Shown piece by piece: positions 13,260 through 27,288 of a stretch of 64,000 nt of DNA (its first letter is position 1; the number at the start of each line of letters is the position of its first letter). The position numbers and the translations under genes were made by a program. The notes under the pieces are model-generated. The model saw nothing but the letters and a program-made list of their open reading frames with translations. It was not told the origin of the DNA and did not search any database. Source of the DNA: Octopus vulgaris (taxonomy: Eukaryota); contig OX597822.1 of NCBI GenBank assembly GCA_951406725.2, forward strand, positions 51,274,001-51,338,000. The letters run 5' to 3'.

Positions 13260-14391
13260 TTGTTGATGCAACACTAAAGATATCTTTTCTTTGCGGTCAT
13301 GTGGAAGTAGTGGAGTTGGCAACCAAACGAAGACTTCTTACAGAAGGTCATTTTGATAAAGAGAGTTTGCTACTTACCTTCTTCATGTAGGAAATGGTAA
13401 CATTTCTGTTGAACAAAGCCTAGGTAAATTCAAAATCAGACCACCCAATGACCCTTGCATTAAAAGAGGTACACTTTCATATCTATGTGATTTTGCATAT
13501 GCTGACCTCAAAAATAACTTCACAAATCCTGTGTGACTTGCAAATAGAACCATCCTTACACCAACAAATGAAACAGCACAGTTTGTGAATGATCTTCTGT
13601 TGGCCAGGATGCCTAGTGAGCTAAGAATATACAGAAGCTCAGATACAGTTGATAATGAAACGCTGTACTCATTCTAATTCATCAAGAAACTTACATCATC
13701 AGTGTTTCCATCACAAATTCGCAAACTGAATAAAAAGGGATGCATAAGGCTTCTGAGAAATGTAGACGCTACTAATGGGCATTGCAATGGCACACGCTAT
13801 ATCATTGTCAGTTTACATGATCATGTTATTAAGACTGGGATTGCTTCCGGTCCTTATCTAGGATCAACTCTGTTAATCTCAAGAATACCACGTGCATCTC
13901 AAGAAATAGAATTTCCGTTTACACGCAAACAATTTCCTGTCAAGCCAGCTTTTGCTTTGATGTGCAACAAGGCATAGGGGCAGACTTTTAAACAAATTAG
14001 AATATATCTTCCGACATAATTCTTCTCACATGGCCAGCTGTATGTTGCATTATCTAGGCTAATGTAAAAATATTGGCTGAGAGAAATGGAAACCGTATGA
14101 TTGCTGACAATTTTGTCTACAAGAAGATACTACTTTAAAGCAAAATATGATTGTAGCAAGTTTCAGTAAAAGGAATTAACACATAAACTATATGTAAAGT
14201 AACATATATTTGAGTGGAATTAAACTGTTTTGGCATATTTCAACACATGCTGAATGAATGATATCGTTATATTAGATCATTTTAAATTTGGGTATATTTG
14301 AAAAAGTCATTCTCATGTTTTCTCACATCACCAGACTTTTTGTGTAAGTGGGTGTATATCCCTCCCTCCATCTACCTACCTGCCTACCTAC

Positions 14392-14465
<74 letters not shown>

Positions 14466-14730
14466 GTCTATCTATCTATCTATCTATGCACACCTAAGTA
14501 AGTTCTACCAATTATTAATGATAAATATAAATAAGAGATTGATTCTTTAAAAAAGAGAGAATATGACTCATAAAATAATGAAACCAATATTTACTAAGCA
14601 AGTGAGCATTAGTATACAAAGAAATAATTAGACGTAAAACATTAAAAAAATTGTTAGAATTGGGAATCAAATATGGAAATATTATCGAGTGGCTTGCACC
14701 AAACCGCTCGGAGAGTGGTATTTCTGCTAG
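13260..14730 (+). mobile_element. Helitron 3' portion: PIF1-like helicase pseudogene plus 3' hairpin-CTAG terminus
   Basis: LLHVGNG, ILTPTN, LLRNVDATNGHCNGTR, RKQFPVKPAFALMCNKA*GQT and FSHGQLYVALSR. Hairpin ACCGCTC-GGA-GAGTGGT at 14703-14719 is followed by CTAG|T at 14727-14731. Confidence 0.9.
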
Positions 14731-16184
14731 TGTCGTTTATGTACTAAATTATTTTGGTACATAATATTCATACAATCATTAGTCAATGAGTGCATGGAAG
14801 TATATCTTTTGTAATGAATATAAGGAGTTGACTATAGATTTGTACTAGGTATGTTTCCTTAAAAATACTTTTAGTTAGTTAACAATCTTTGTGTATAATT
14901 AAATATTTTTTGTCTACCATTCAGTCTTGAAAACTATCTGAGCGTTTCGATATAGACAACAAGACCATAGACTGTTTGAAATTTCGACAAAAACAACAGA
15001 CATTTATGCTGTGAATTTATCTTTTTGATATAAATATTAAGACTTAAAACATTTTAGTAGTATTTCATGTTTTTTATACTCGACTGCTTGTTTTTTATGT
15101 TCGACTCCACAAATTTTATACTTCCTTTATTTTTCAATTTGCAACGTGAGATAAAGTGCAGTATTGAATTTCAAGTCTGTTGCGCACAATAGCCTTCCAT
15201 GTCACTTCCCGAATGCTATTGTTCAAAGTAGTCTGTGGTTCTTTATTTAACACACGTTTTACAAAAATGTCATGCGTTACATTGAAATTACTCTCTTCTT
15301 TATTTAATCTTTAAGACATCCGTTTTTATATAAGCTAATATTTTCTAACTTCCTTTTATTTGCCTACGAAATTGACAATAGAAATTTCGTCCTTTCTGTT
15401 TTATGTATTGATATGTGGGAAACAATAATATTGAAACACATATAAGAACGCCTGTACTTAGAATGATTCAACATTTTAAAGTATAGGCTTATTCACTAGC
15501 GCCCACGATTACAGTAAAACACAATAGTATAATTAACGAAATAGATTAATATGCAGTTAAGAATTGCTGTTACTGCATATAATACAGACGATGATAAATG
15601 AATATTCACACATCTACAGGCATGCACAAAATCCTTTATATTTCAGGCGCAAAGCCCATTCTCGGAAGGAAACCGTCTAAAAAATGTCTAGATACCTCGA
15701 ATTTTAAATTTCATTTTAAGCCTCTCTGCATTTGGGTTAGCAGCAGTTTAAAAAGTTGCTTGCACCAGCAGTTGGAGAGGTGTTGCTACTGCTGTTGAGC
15801 TAAACACCGAGCAGTTAAAATTATATAATGAAATCAATGTAACTAAATAATTTTTACACTGCTTCCTTCTGCATATGAGTCTCTGCGCGTTTCATGAAAT
15901 TTTTTTAATTATTGGAAGCTTTCCTCATTTCCTTCTCCTTTTTTTAACTCCTGCACTACAATGCGTCAAGATCTTATGCTTATTTATACTTATTTATATA
16001 TATTCTTATACTCCTTTATTCGTTTATTTGTTTCAGTCATATGACTGCGGCCATGTTGGAGCACCGCCTGAAGTCGAACAAATCGACCCCAGGTCTTATT
16101 TCTGTAAACCTAGTGCTTATTCAATCGCTCTCTTTTGCGGAACTGCTAAGCTATGAGGATGCAAACACAGCAACACACAAATAC

Positions 16185-16236
<52 letters not shown>

Positions 16237-16255
16237 ACACACACACACTCATTCA

Positions 16256-16666
16256 TATGAGTTCGCAGGACGTCATCGTCGAGCGCTACATGTTTTCCAG
16301 GATGAGGCTCGTCTTCTAAGTTGTAGCTTCCGGCTCTGAATTTCCGGAATCACCGTTGACACTGGCTTACGTTTATTGTCTCCATACACTGCATTAATAT
16401 GCCTGCACTTTCTGTTACGTTGTAGCCTTTATTGAACTCATAAAGCAAAATATGCCGAATATGGTCCTTTGCCACTTCCATTATAGCTTTGAAAATATAA
16501 CCAATAAAATCGAACTGAACTCTTCAAAATTTTCACTAGGAATAGGGGAAAACGTAAAATTACTACCTGCTTTTAAAACAAGTTGGTGCAGGTAATTTAT
16601 GTCGTCTCACCCCAACTTTTAGTTCATGCAAATGGTAAAGCGGAATATTTATGGGATGACACAATA
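16256..16666 (-). mobile_element. mariner-family DNA transposon 5' fragment (TIR plus transposase N-terminus)
   Basis: Minus strand gives MEVAKDHIRHILLYEFNKGYNVTESA...KFRAGSYNLEDEPHPGK. TIR-like TATTGTGTCATCCCATAAATATTCCG abuts a TA run. Confidence 0.85.
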
Positions 16667-16782
16667 TATATATGCTTTATAGAGGCAAAAACATCACAAA
16701 AATAACACAAAATGATGTTTTTGTGATGTGCTTGCAGCTTTAATAATAAAGAACATTTTTCTACTTCCAGTATTCGAGTACT

Positions 16783-16850
<68 letters not shown>

Positions 16851-17310
16851 TTATATATGCGTGTTTGTTTGTTTGTACGTATGTATGTGCGTATATTCAT
16901 TTGTCAGTATTGGTACCATATAATTTGGAAAGTTCAAAATCTAGGTCGTAGATTATTCACATCTGGTATATACATATATTTAATGTTCTTCCTATAAGTA
17001 AGATGAAATTTTTTATGGTCGCTGCTCGCAATCATCTTTGCCAGTATACACACACACATACACACACACACACACACTCACACACACACACACATATACA
17101 TATATATATACACATATATATATATATACATGTATATATATACATACATATATATACAGTGAAGCTTTACTATAACATCGTATATTATCGACTTCTATTT
17201 CTAGTAAATATTGGTGCATTGGTGTACCATTATCTTACTTTAACCAGATTGTGCTTTGTTTTACTGGAAAGCAATACTTCTGTATTGCACTATTATTATA
17301 ATTTTCTTTG

Positions 17311-17354
<44 letters not shown>

Positions 17355-17479
17355 GGGGTGTATGTGTGTGTGCCTGTGTGTGTGTATACATATATAATTA
17401 AAATGAATTAATGATATTATTAGTGGCTAGCATGTAAAAATTCTTATAGATAAACATTTATATAAATATATTATTATAT

Positions 17480-17947
17480 AGATATAATTACAGATTAGGG
17501 TACTGACGGGCGGAACCTACACGCTAGAAACAGGCATGAAAATACTCTAAAGGACTACTTCAAATTACACTGTATTAACACAAGGCTGAAAGCGGGCAAA
17601 TGAACAAAATTGATTTAGTAAAATTTTAAGTTTAATTCTAGATCATCCGATTTCTGGTTTAGTAATACAAATTACTCCACCGACTTTACTAGAATATACC
17701 AGAAGTACATAACTATATATACATAGATACATTCCCATACTAATACGTTTGTATGTATGCAAATATATACATATATCTACACTTATATACGAGGCAAATT
17801 AGTATATATGCAAATATCTATTTTGTTCATTAGCCCGCTTCCATCCTTGTACTAATGGAAGCTATTTTGCAGTAGTTCATTGAAGATTTTGGCGTTTATT
17901 TCTGGCATGTAGATGCTGTTTTCCAGTACCCTCTATTGTAATTATAT
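17480..17947. repeat. Diverged inverted repeat (arms about 17480-17620 and 17815-17947) within an AT-rich insert
   Basis: ATATAATTACAG..AGGGTACTG...CAAGGCTGAAAGCGGGCAAATGAACAAAA matches the reverse complement of TTTTGTTCATTAGCCCGCTTCCATCCTTG...CAGTACCCTCTATTGTAATTATAT. Confidence 0.75.
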
Positions 17948-17964
17948 ATCTATCTATCTATCTG

Positions 17965-18037
<73 letters not shown>

Positions 18038-18076
18038 ATATATATATATATATATATATATAAGTAATCATAACTT

Positions 18077-18150
<74 letters not shown>

Positions 18151-18164
18151 TCTTGTTTCTAGAA

Positions 18165-18540
18165 ATGATGGTGCTGATTTGCAGCCTTAGTCACTTTCGT
18201 GACGATTGCACTTTTCGTTTTAAAGGTGCGTCTGGCCACCTTAATAATTTATAATTTTCACCTTACCATTTTACTGAATCAGCCACTGATTCGTATTGTA
18301 TTTCCTATCAACTGACAAGGCGAGTTTACCTTAACCCTAGGAAACGGAGTAAGTATAAGTAATGAGGATCAACTCAATCCGAAATTATCGATGATCTGAC
18401 ACTCTCGCTTGCAGTAGGGAGATTTCTCCCTCGTCAGTCAAATGCATTGTCCATGGCTAAAATTTGTTTTGACACTTATTTCTCGCAATGCTGGTGCTGA
18501 CTTGCATCCTTAGTCACTTTAGTGTCGATTGTACTTTTGC
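18165..18540. mobile_element. Short element with 50-bp direct terminal repeats (period about 323 bp) and decayed HHR-like motifs
   Basis: GGTGCTGAYTTGCAKCCTTAGTCACTTT occurs at about 18170 and 18493. An internal GTAATGA-GGAT..ATCC-GAAA-TTATCGATGA-TC motif is present, and the flanks are (AT)n. Confidence 0.5.
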
Positions 18541-18589
18541 CTATATATACATATTTAACATATATGTGTATGTATACTTGATCGCTAAA

Positions 18590-18720
18590 TCAACAAGTTT
18601 CTTTATTCTCTCTGCTTATTTTCTCTTATTCCTTTCTGTTGAAGAGCGTAGGCTTCAAACATAAAAAATTTTCTCACTTTCCCGAGCGTCAAACTAAAAC
18701 ATCTTATTGTTATTCATACA
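18590..18720 (+). mobile_element. pLTR-like repeat with a decayed CUGUUGA hammerhead-like motif (18632-18667)
   Basis: Homologous to the minus-strand copy at 55285-55320. Confidence 0.6.
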
Positions 18721-18724
18721 CTCA

Positions 18725-19435
18725 TCAGGGAAGGATTAGAATTACTTTACAAAGAGAAACAAAAATTCAAAATCAAATGTGACTTTACGTGTGCTTCAGA
18801 AAACCTGATTTATGTCATTAGATGCTTGGGCTGCCACCAAAACTACATAGAGACCACGGGATTATTGCTCAGATGGAGTTGCACTCGGCACCGACAGCAG
18901 ATTGCGTTCACAGAATACAGAATGATACCCTTTCGGGAATACATTGTGAAATGCGCAAAGCAACTGCTACCACAATTTGTAATCTTTCCATTTTATCAAT
19001 GTGCAATTCGAACACCAACACAAATTAGATTAAATGAGGAAACCTACTTCATTGAAAGATAAATAGCTAAGACGTAACCATTTCCAAAATTTTTAAATAA
19101 GGAAACTTACTGAAAAAAGATAAAGCAAAACCTAACCAATTCCAACATTCTATTCTTTCTAAACCAAATCATGTTAAATTAATAAAACCTAGTCATTCCC
19201 ATCATATTCTATTATCTCCCTTACACCGAAATCATCCCTGATAAGCTTCCCCTATTCTTGGACTCTCATACTTCTCACCATAACGAAGATATGGCAGAAT
19301 ATAGGTACAGGAATTTGAGAAATTTGAAAAGAAAATACGAAACTAGATATTTCTCCCAAAACAATGTTACTATACACAAAATTTTGTAACTTTTTTTAAC
19401 ATAACGATTTAAATATATTGTTTAACCATATAACA
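18725..19435 (+). mobile_element. Penelope-like GIY-YIG 3' fragment and 3' UTR (same family as 4830-6625)
   Basis: FTCASENLIYVIRCLGCHQNYIETTG...EETYFIER, with nucleotide similarity to the reverse complement of about 4830-5530. Confidence 0.9.
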
Positions 19436-19490
19436 AGTCCTCTATCGTTTTTCACTCTTGTTTGCCTTATATCTATATACATATATATAT

Positions 19491-19564
<74 letters not shown>

Positions 19565-19799
19565 ATATAAGGGTGTATGTCCTTGTGGTTAGGGTGTTGC
19601 ACTCGCGATCTAGCGATAGTGACTTCAGTGCTTAGACTGGGTGGTCCTATCATATTCTTGAGCAAACCACTTCAGCTGCCGATTGCCATGAAAATCATAT
19701 GTTTTATGCTCCCATAAACAGAACATAGTGTCCTAAAGTGACAAGAATTATATCGCTACGCTCAAGCAATGAAGAAACACTCTTTACATCAATAGAAAT

Positions 19800-21340
19800 T
19801 ATTGTAAAATGATGGCAGCTGCATTTTTCTTAATTATGTATCCAAATTTCTAATGACAAACATAACATCAACTTCAGTCTTCAATAAATTCCAATCATTT
19901 ATGAATTAGAAATTATTCCTTCAACTGAAGAGGTTCAAATCTTGATTAGTAAACTTGATGATGGAAAAGAACTAGGAATAGATGAAACGGCAGAGAGATT
20001 TTCTGGTTGTGAGGTTAACATAATATTAATGCATAAAATGATTTGCCATGCGAGGAAGATGGGAATAGCACCAAATGACTGGCGTGATGGTGTTATAATT
20101 TCCAGTTACTAAGGGGAAAAAGAGTACGAATTAAATGTGTACATCCAAGCGAATTCACTCTCTTATCCTCTGGCGGGATAGTACTTGCTACGGTTCCCAT
20201 TGCACAATTAAACAATAAGCTTTCACCGAATGTTCTCTCAGAGTCTCAATGTGGCTTTAGAGCAATTAGCGAGGCACAGTGGATTCGATCATTTCTGCAC
20301 AACTGGAGCTAGAAAAATGTTAAGAACTCAATCTAGATTATGCTGATTTAAGAAAGATCTTTGACACAGTGAATAGGTCATCATTATGAGAGGTTTTCAG
20401 TAACGCTGACCGATCATTACCTTTCGTTAACGTAATAAGGTATTTCACAATGAAGTAGATACATTCGTTAACATTGGAGGAGTTCCTACAGAATATTTTA
20501 AAGGGGAAAGTAGAATGAAGCAGAGAAATATTATTTGCATAATGTTTGCCAGGAAGGTGCATATATTCATTATAGGTGTACTGAGAAACTAATTTGGGAA
20601 GGTTGTTAGCAAAAACAAGGACTTTTACTTGCCTAATAAGTGGTTTATTGTATGCAGATGAGTGGATACGATTACCTATTTAATCAGAGATATGCAGCAC
20701 CAAATGCTTACACTTAAATTCTATATGGCTTCTGGGCTACCAATAAGTGTAGATAAAATAGCTGTCATACTTCAACTATCTTCCAACTCATATTAAGTAA
20801 CTAAGATATTTCTTCAAAATACATAACTGAATACTGTAGGTGAATTAACGTATCATGGAAGCGTGTTGAATTCTGCTTCTCTTTTAGGTAACGAATTAGA
20901 ATAGTAAACCGAATCGAGACACAAAATTTACAGTGTACAGGGCTTGTGTGCTTTCATCCCTTCTTTACTCGCATGAGATAGTAGGAAACATACCAACATA
21001 TTTGAGCGATTTCTTCAGCGATGTTTACGTTTCCTACAGAAAATCAATGTGTGCACAACGTGTCTGATTCTGAAGTATTAGAGTCTGCTGGTGTAGATGG
21101 CATTAAAACTGAAATTCGACACAAACTTCGGGCATTTGATAAGAGAACCTCTTCAACGCATACCCAAGCGGCTGTTACATTGCCAAATAAAAGGAGCAAA
21201 ATGACCACATTAAAACCAAAATTGCGTTTCATAAATTAAAGAAATACCTCTCTAAGTAGTTTCAATATGATGCAAGTAAAAAGGGGTGAGTGATGCAATA
21301 GAATGTGCAAAGTGAAGGAAAATGTGTGCATTGTTTGAAG
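19800..21340 (+). mobile_element. Decayed RTE-clade LINE RT
   Basis: Remnant motifs PSTEEV, PNDWRDGVII, LSESQCGFR, DLRKIFDTVNR and VYRACVLSSLLYS. Confidence 0.75.
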
Positions 21341-22211
21341 AAAATAAGCGGAAATATGCATTGAGAGAAAGGCACTAAACGGGGTGCTTGTGGCCAATAA
21401 AAATTTTCTTTCCTCAAGCCAACTTTCAAATATGTCTACCATAATGGTTACGATGTTTTAGATTTAGATTTGATGATAACGTTTAAAACGAAGGATGCTT
21501 TTTATAAACGGAGATATTAGAAATATCAAAAAAATTATGAATCGATTATATTTTCTGATAATGAACTCACTGTACATGTTTTAAGTAGGTATGGGCTTGA
21601 GTTGTTGTTTAAATAGAAAGCATATTTAAGAAATATTACTCAATTCATCCTTAAAACACATACTAGGTGAGTGTGTGTGTGGGAATATGTGTGTGTGTGT
21701 GTGTGAATATGTGGGTATGGATGTATGCGTGTGTCTTTGTATATATTTATATACATAGTTGTATGTATGTATGTATGTATGTATTATATAAACGTACATA
21801 TAGATGCATACACCAATACAAACACGCATGCACGTAAGTGTATAAGTATATATGAAAGCATGTAGTTAATTCATCATCCGATAAAGAATGTAATCTATGA
21901 AAATGATGTTTGATGTACATATTTGAAAAGTTATCTTAATGTTCCTATTCATTTAAATGTTCGAAGAGCAAAAGTACTGTGATAAGTTTTATAGGCGCTA
22001 AATCTGTCCCTGATTTCCCATCTGCTGCTATGCACAAATGAGATTAAATATGCATATTTATTTTAAATATGATATCTACTGATACCAGTCTCTCTTCCTT
22101 CCAGTCTTTGTTTCTTTCTCTCTCCTCGTGTACATATATATGTACACACACGTACACACACGCAAACATTCATACACACACAAGCATATATATAATATAG
22201 TATATATATAT

Positions 22212-22400
22212 AGGGAGATGTACTTGCATAGCAAGTGATTTGATCTGAGATCTGAAACGCAAGCAATTGCAGCGTGGAAGGTGTTTGTAAGCCATTTAAG
22301 AAACACACAAAAGCCGTTCGATTCACTTCAACATTTAAGTTTAATCTGTCAAAATATTTTCGTCGCTTTAAGACCGCGACCTGTTCACTAACAAAAATCC
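22212..22400 (-). mobile_element. Repeat family of about 190 bp (other copies at 34405-34595 and, rearranged, 42535-42615) carrying a variant HHR
   Basis: Shared GGAGATGTACTTGCATAGCAAGTGA...GGAAGRTGTTTGTAA sequence, with (AT)n flanks. Confidence 0.8.
22345..22395 (-). ncRNA. Type I hammerhead with G3-C8 swapped core
   Basis: TTTGTTA-GTGAACA-G-GTCGC-GGTCTTAAA-GCGAC-GAA-AATATT-T-TGACAGA: 7-bp stem I, 5-bp stem II and palindromic stem III. Confidence 0.65.
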
Positions 22401-22725
22401 GTGCTGTATATATACAATATCAATAATATATATATATGGACACAGGTCCTCATGAAACATGTACAACAAAAATACATGGAATATGAAAGAAAGACACAAG
22501 TGGAAAACAAGACAAATAACATAAAGAACGTCCCTTCATCAGTTGTTGGCTTTTTTCTACTCTCGTATTTCGAGGAGTGTGTGTGTGTTTCTGTCTACTA
22601 AATCCACTCACAAGTTAATAGTAGAAGACACTTTCCCAAGGTGTCACGCTGCGACACTAAACCCGGAACCATGTGTTTGGTAAGCAAGCTACTTACCACA
22701 CACTTACACCTCTATGTATATGTAC

Positions 22726-22770
<45 letters not shown>

Positions 22771-22904
22771 TGGATAGATATGGTAAAAGAATTTTAGTGG
22801 GGAAACACATGTATTGGATGTATAGAAAGAGAAAGGATGAAGAAACACAAAAATAAACGTGTTTTTTCATCTTTTCTCTTTCTATATGTGTGTGTGTGTG
22901 TGTG

Positions 22905-23289
22905 TGTGTTAAATAAAATGAGGCAACAAAGTCAAGGCTGTATGGAATTTTCGGAACATTTATTAAGAGTAATTTAGCTTACAGCTGTTTCTGAGATATT
23001 AGAGATATCCTTTCATCAGAGACGATGTGATATATTTAAATGGAGGAAATATTAAAGTTCAATATGAGTCAATTTGGGAAAAGAAGAAAATAAGGAGTAT
23101 TGAGGGAAATATTGGAATGAATGTAGGAATAAAACTAAAAGCAAAAATAAATAAATATATTATAGCTGCAGTTCCATTATCGAAGGGAAGTGGTGTGCTG
23201 AATTCGTAGAAATTATTCTTCTCCGTGATATGTAAATTCAAATAAGAGTTCATATTTTGTGATTACAAATGGAAAGAGTGTACCAATAC

Positions 23290-23290
<1 letters not shown>
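22905..23290 (-). mobile_element. PLE-like 3' end or pLTR with an HHR motif at 22976-23024 (paralog at 38795-39170)
   Basis: CT-CTGATGA-AAGGATAT-CTCTA-ATATCTCA-GAAAC-AGCT-GTA-AG, with a short stem I. Confidence 0.6.
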
Positions 23291-23374
<84 letters not shown>

Positions 23375-24679
23375 ATATATATATATATATATATATATTT
23401 ACACACACACATATATGTCCGATTGTTTGAAGAATAATTCTTTGTTGCTGTGTTAAGCTAAAATTATTTTGTATACGTAGGTTTTTAAGCTAAAGGTTCC
23501 AGTTCCGAGGGATTGTAAATATAATGACGTTCCTTTGTTTTTGAACGCTTGTGCTCTAGTATTTTGGTTAGCTGAGTCCCTGAATAAGTCACTTGGTTTT
23601 AGAATGTTCTGGTCACATATTCTGGTTGGGCAGAAGTTCATCTCCTATATTGATTGCTTCCTGGCGTTGTCATTTGTTTCTTGACTAATTTATCACTTGT
23701 TTCTGAACAGTACACTGGCTGGTTGACTTTTTGCACTCGTCAATTGATTTTGTCAAAGGTCGCTTGTATGATTATCGGCCAGCGTTCTGATTGGTCGAAT
23801 TCTTTAAGAAGTCTGTGTTCTCGATCACATTGATGTTTTGTTTCATTTTGTTTTATGAGCTTTGTTTTGACTAGAAAAGATCTAATTGCTTAAGCTTGGA
23901 GTAGCATCAGATACTGGCGATTGAGAAATTGGAAAGTGTTACTTTACTGCAAATTAGAAGTCAGGTCTCGAATCATGGAGACAACCCGTTACTTAAACTT
24001 TTATTTTCTGTCTGTTGTTTCTTGGTTTTCGTGAATAATTTGATTTTTTTTCTTTTTGGTGTGTTGTTACAGAATATTTAGTTGTGTTTATATTCTTTAA
24101 TGCAACATTCTTATATAATTGTGATTGGGTTGAAGTGTTTCGTATTCATTGATATATATTGAATATTTTTTCCCGGGGCACAGATTTAAATGTTTATTTA
24201 CGGGGATCTTTTCTCCTCCATTTCTCTCTCTCTCTCTTTCTATAGTTATCTGTGAGGGATTATCAATCCGAGCAAAATATTTCCCGAGGGTCCAAGTTAT
24301 AAATCATCATTCAATATTGTAAATCTGTGTTTGTGCTCAATTTATATTAGTTCTCCCAAAGAGTGATATACAGGACAAGTTATAAATAATGGACGAAAGT
24401 AGCAATACATTTTTAGAATGTAAAAAAATTATCAGTAAGTATCCTATAATGAGTACTGGAAACAATTGTAAGCGATTTTTACTGCAATGAAGAAAGACTT
24501 TATAATGACCATTATTTATACCTTGATATATGTATGAATGTTTGTTTTCTTTAAGTGTAATCCAAGTACTTCGTGAGAAAGTTCAAGCCGGTTACTAATA
24601 AAGCGACAAGTCTTTGTGAATTTAGAGAGTTCCCAGTGTTTGTAATTATGTGGTTAAGTTGATGCGTTGGTTGAACTGT

Positions 24680-25300
24680 TGATGCACACACCCAAATGTT
24701 TTCATCTATTCACATAAGAGTCTCGGATGAAAAATTTTCGAAATGTCTTACAAAACTTCACTGCGCTATTAATAGATTGGATTTGGAGAAACCACGTTAG
24801 TTTCTTTCATTCTCTCTCCGTGAAACCGAGTATTTCTAGGTTTTTGTACAAATGTGTTGGTATATAAACTAATGCGTCTGTGGTGAGAATAGATAATCAG
24901 GGTGCAAGAGCGGTAAGTTCCGTATTCATTCGCCATAAATATTCTCTTTTTCCTGGATTGTGCTTGTACATTCACATCCGCTGGGTAGCTGACTTCTACA
25001 GCAGTGCATGACTTTTCTTCTCTGTCACACAGAACACTTTAGGGGTCTGTTATCTTTGCACTAAACCGAGGATTTTATTGGTGTATTCGACCAGTGTTTC
25101 TTGTTTTTAAGCAGTTGCTGGGTCTGACATATCTTTCATGTATACGTCAGGGCTGTCCTTCCCGCGAATAGCATTGTAAATAGTCTTTGTAACTATATCA
25201 TGTCCCATGCGTAGGAAGTAACTCGTAGGCATTTTGGGGCCTATGCTGGTGAAATGAGTGATATCTTCCGCATTGGTTTAGCAGAGTAAACATTTTTTAT
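24680..25300 (-). mobile_element. R4/Dong-like LINE C-terminal fragment (CCHC plus restriction-like endonuclease)
   Basis: CLLC*TNAEDITH...MGHDIV...EEKSCTAVEVSYPADVN, similar to 57200-57745. Confidence 0.7.
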
Positions 25301-25373
25301 CACAACGTGGTGTTTTGTTGGTATGTTTGCATCTCTTGTTTATGTATATAGGTATGTATGTATGCGTGTATGT

Positions 25374-25472
<99 letters not shown>

Positions 25473-26446
25473 TGTATGTATGTAAAAACTCTGTGCTGTA
25501 TAACAACCAGTGCTCAGTAATTATGAAAGGTTTTAACTGCACATAGAATCTGTTCGTTGTTAAGTAAGTTTAAAAATATCTTAACGTGTTCTGTTCTGAA
25601 TGTGATACTTGAACTGCAGCTCAGTCTTTCATGAAGTACCCAGACAAAAACAATCTTAGTTAGGTACTATTGCAAAACCCATACAGAACGTTCCGGGACA
25701 CCCTAACCATTATAGTGTATATCATGCATAAGGTTCCTTTTCCTTACATTTTTCTAATGAAAACTATTTACAGATGAGAATCGGAAAAAGAACGAAAATA
25801 ACATTTGCAGCAATGTGATCTATTACCATGTTTGAAATGATTGCTCTCATTGTCGAAATTTTTCGACGAGTTTAACTTCATTCTCTTGCATGCAAGAAAG
25901 GAAACAGCCAGTATGCTTCGGAAAAGGTTTGGCCCTAATGCTCGTACACATGTGGAAAATCATGTACTGGAATAACCAACGAATCGAAAACAAAATTTCT
26001 TTGTTAATATCAAATGCAGATACTTTTAGAAACTATTTTTGAAGCGAGATATGGTTGTGAAATACATTTCCTTTAAGTGGCTAAATTTGATATAATCGTC
26101 ATATTTCTACTAAATGGAAAACTGCAAATATTTACTTGCATAAGAAATCACCTTAGTGACTAAATGTTTAGACAAACTGCGAAGTATACTAAATATATCA
26201 AATAATATGTAAGGCATTAAATATATTATATACACATATTTACATTTTCAAATTCATACTTACATCGAATACGGCATTTAAAGAGCAATCTAGACTAATT
26301 TTGTATGTATACGTATGTATGCATGTATTCAGAGGGGGGTTCATTCATAGTAGGTATGGTAGTATATTTTTAATTATAAGGAGACATCTATAAGAAGGTG
26401 AATATATATGTATGTATGTGTGCTAGTAGTAGTAGTAGTAGTAGTT

Positions 26447-26506
<60 letters not shown>

Positions 26507-26884
26507 ACAATAATAACACGAGCAATAGTAATTGTTACTATTACAAGGATTACACCACCAACCATGCTAATAATGCTGGATTACTTCCTCTCGATGTGTG
26601 TGACAATATCCGTTGGGCACGGAGAATAGCACATACGTAGAGGGCATATTAAACAGACCTAACTTAATCCTTAGACTTTCTAATTATACTAATAGTAATA
26701 CCTTCAGTACAAATATTCCTAGACCAAATACCTCTAACTTGAAGAAATGAGATAGCTACTTCACAAGATAAGTGCAGACGGTTTAATGTAGAATATAAAT
26801 GCTCAGTCCTAAACATACGCGAAAACTGCATGTAAGGTTTATAATGGAGCTTCTGCTATTTTTAAGCAATAATACTCAGCGCAT

Positions 26885-27109
26885 TTAAATCCTTTTGATA
26901 CCAACCCAGATGAAAGAGGCACTCTGAGTACAAAAGTCTTGGTTTCATAAGTTCTGAATTAAAATCTTCCAACAAGCTTTAGTCACAATTTATGTTCCTA
27001 ACAGTAGCTAAATGATAACTAAGTTATTTTACTAAATTCTTTATTATATTGAAAGTAATTGAAAGAAACACAAAGCATATCAAAATAAATATAGTAATCA
27101 AAGGGTTAA
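26885..27109. mobile_element. piggyBac-like MITE (TTAA ends, imperfect TIRs)
   Basis: TTAA-ATCCTTTTGATAC ... GTAATCAAAGGG-TTAA, non-coding. Confidence 0.6.
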
Positions 27110-27288
27110 ATATGAAGAACCTAGGAAATCTATTTCGCTAACAGAACATATACACTACTTCAGGACAAAAAAGAAATTTCGCCACATGTATTGTACTACA
27201 TCATGGTCCATCGCTGACGCGCGTCCTCCACTTCCTCCTCGTTGGTTATGATTGAAAGAATTTATACAAATATGATTGCATAACCGAA

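Noticed and set aside
17497-17552. Possible hammerhead CTGACGG...GAAAC
   Set aside because: There is no NUH or stem III geometry, and the inverted partner arm does not conserve the core.
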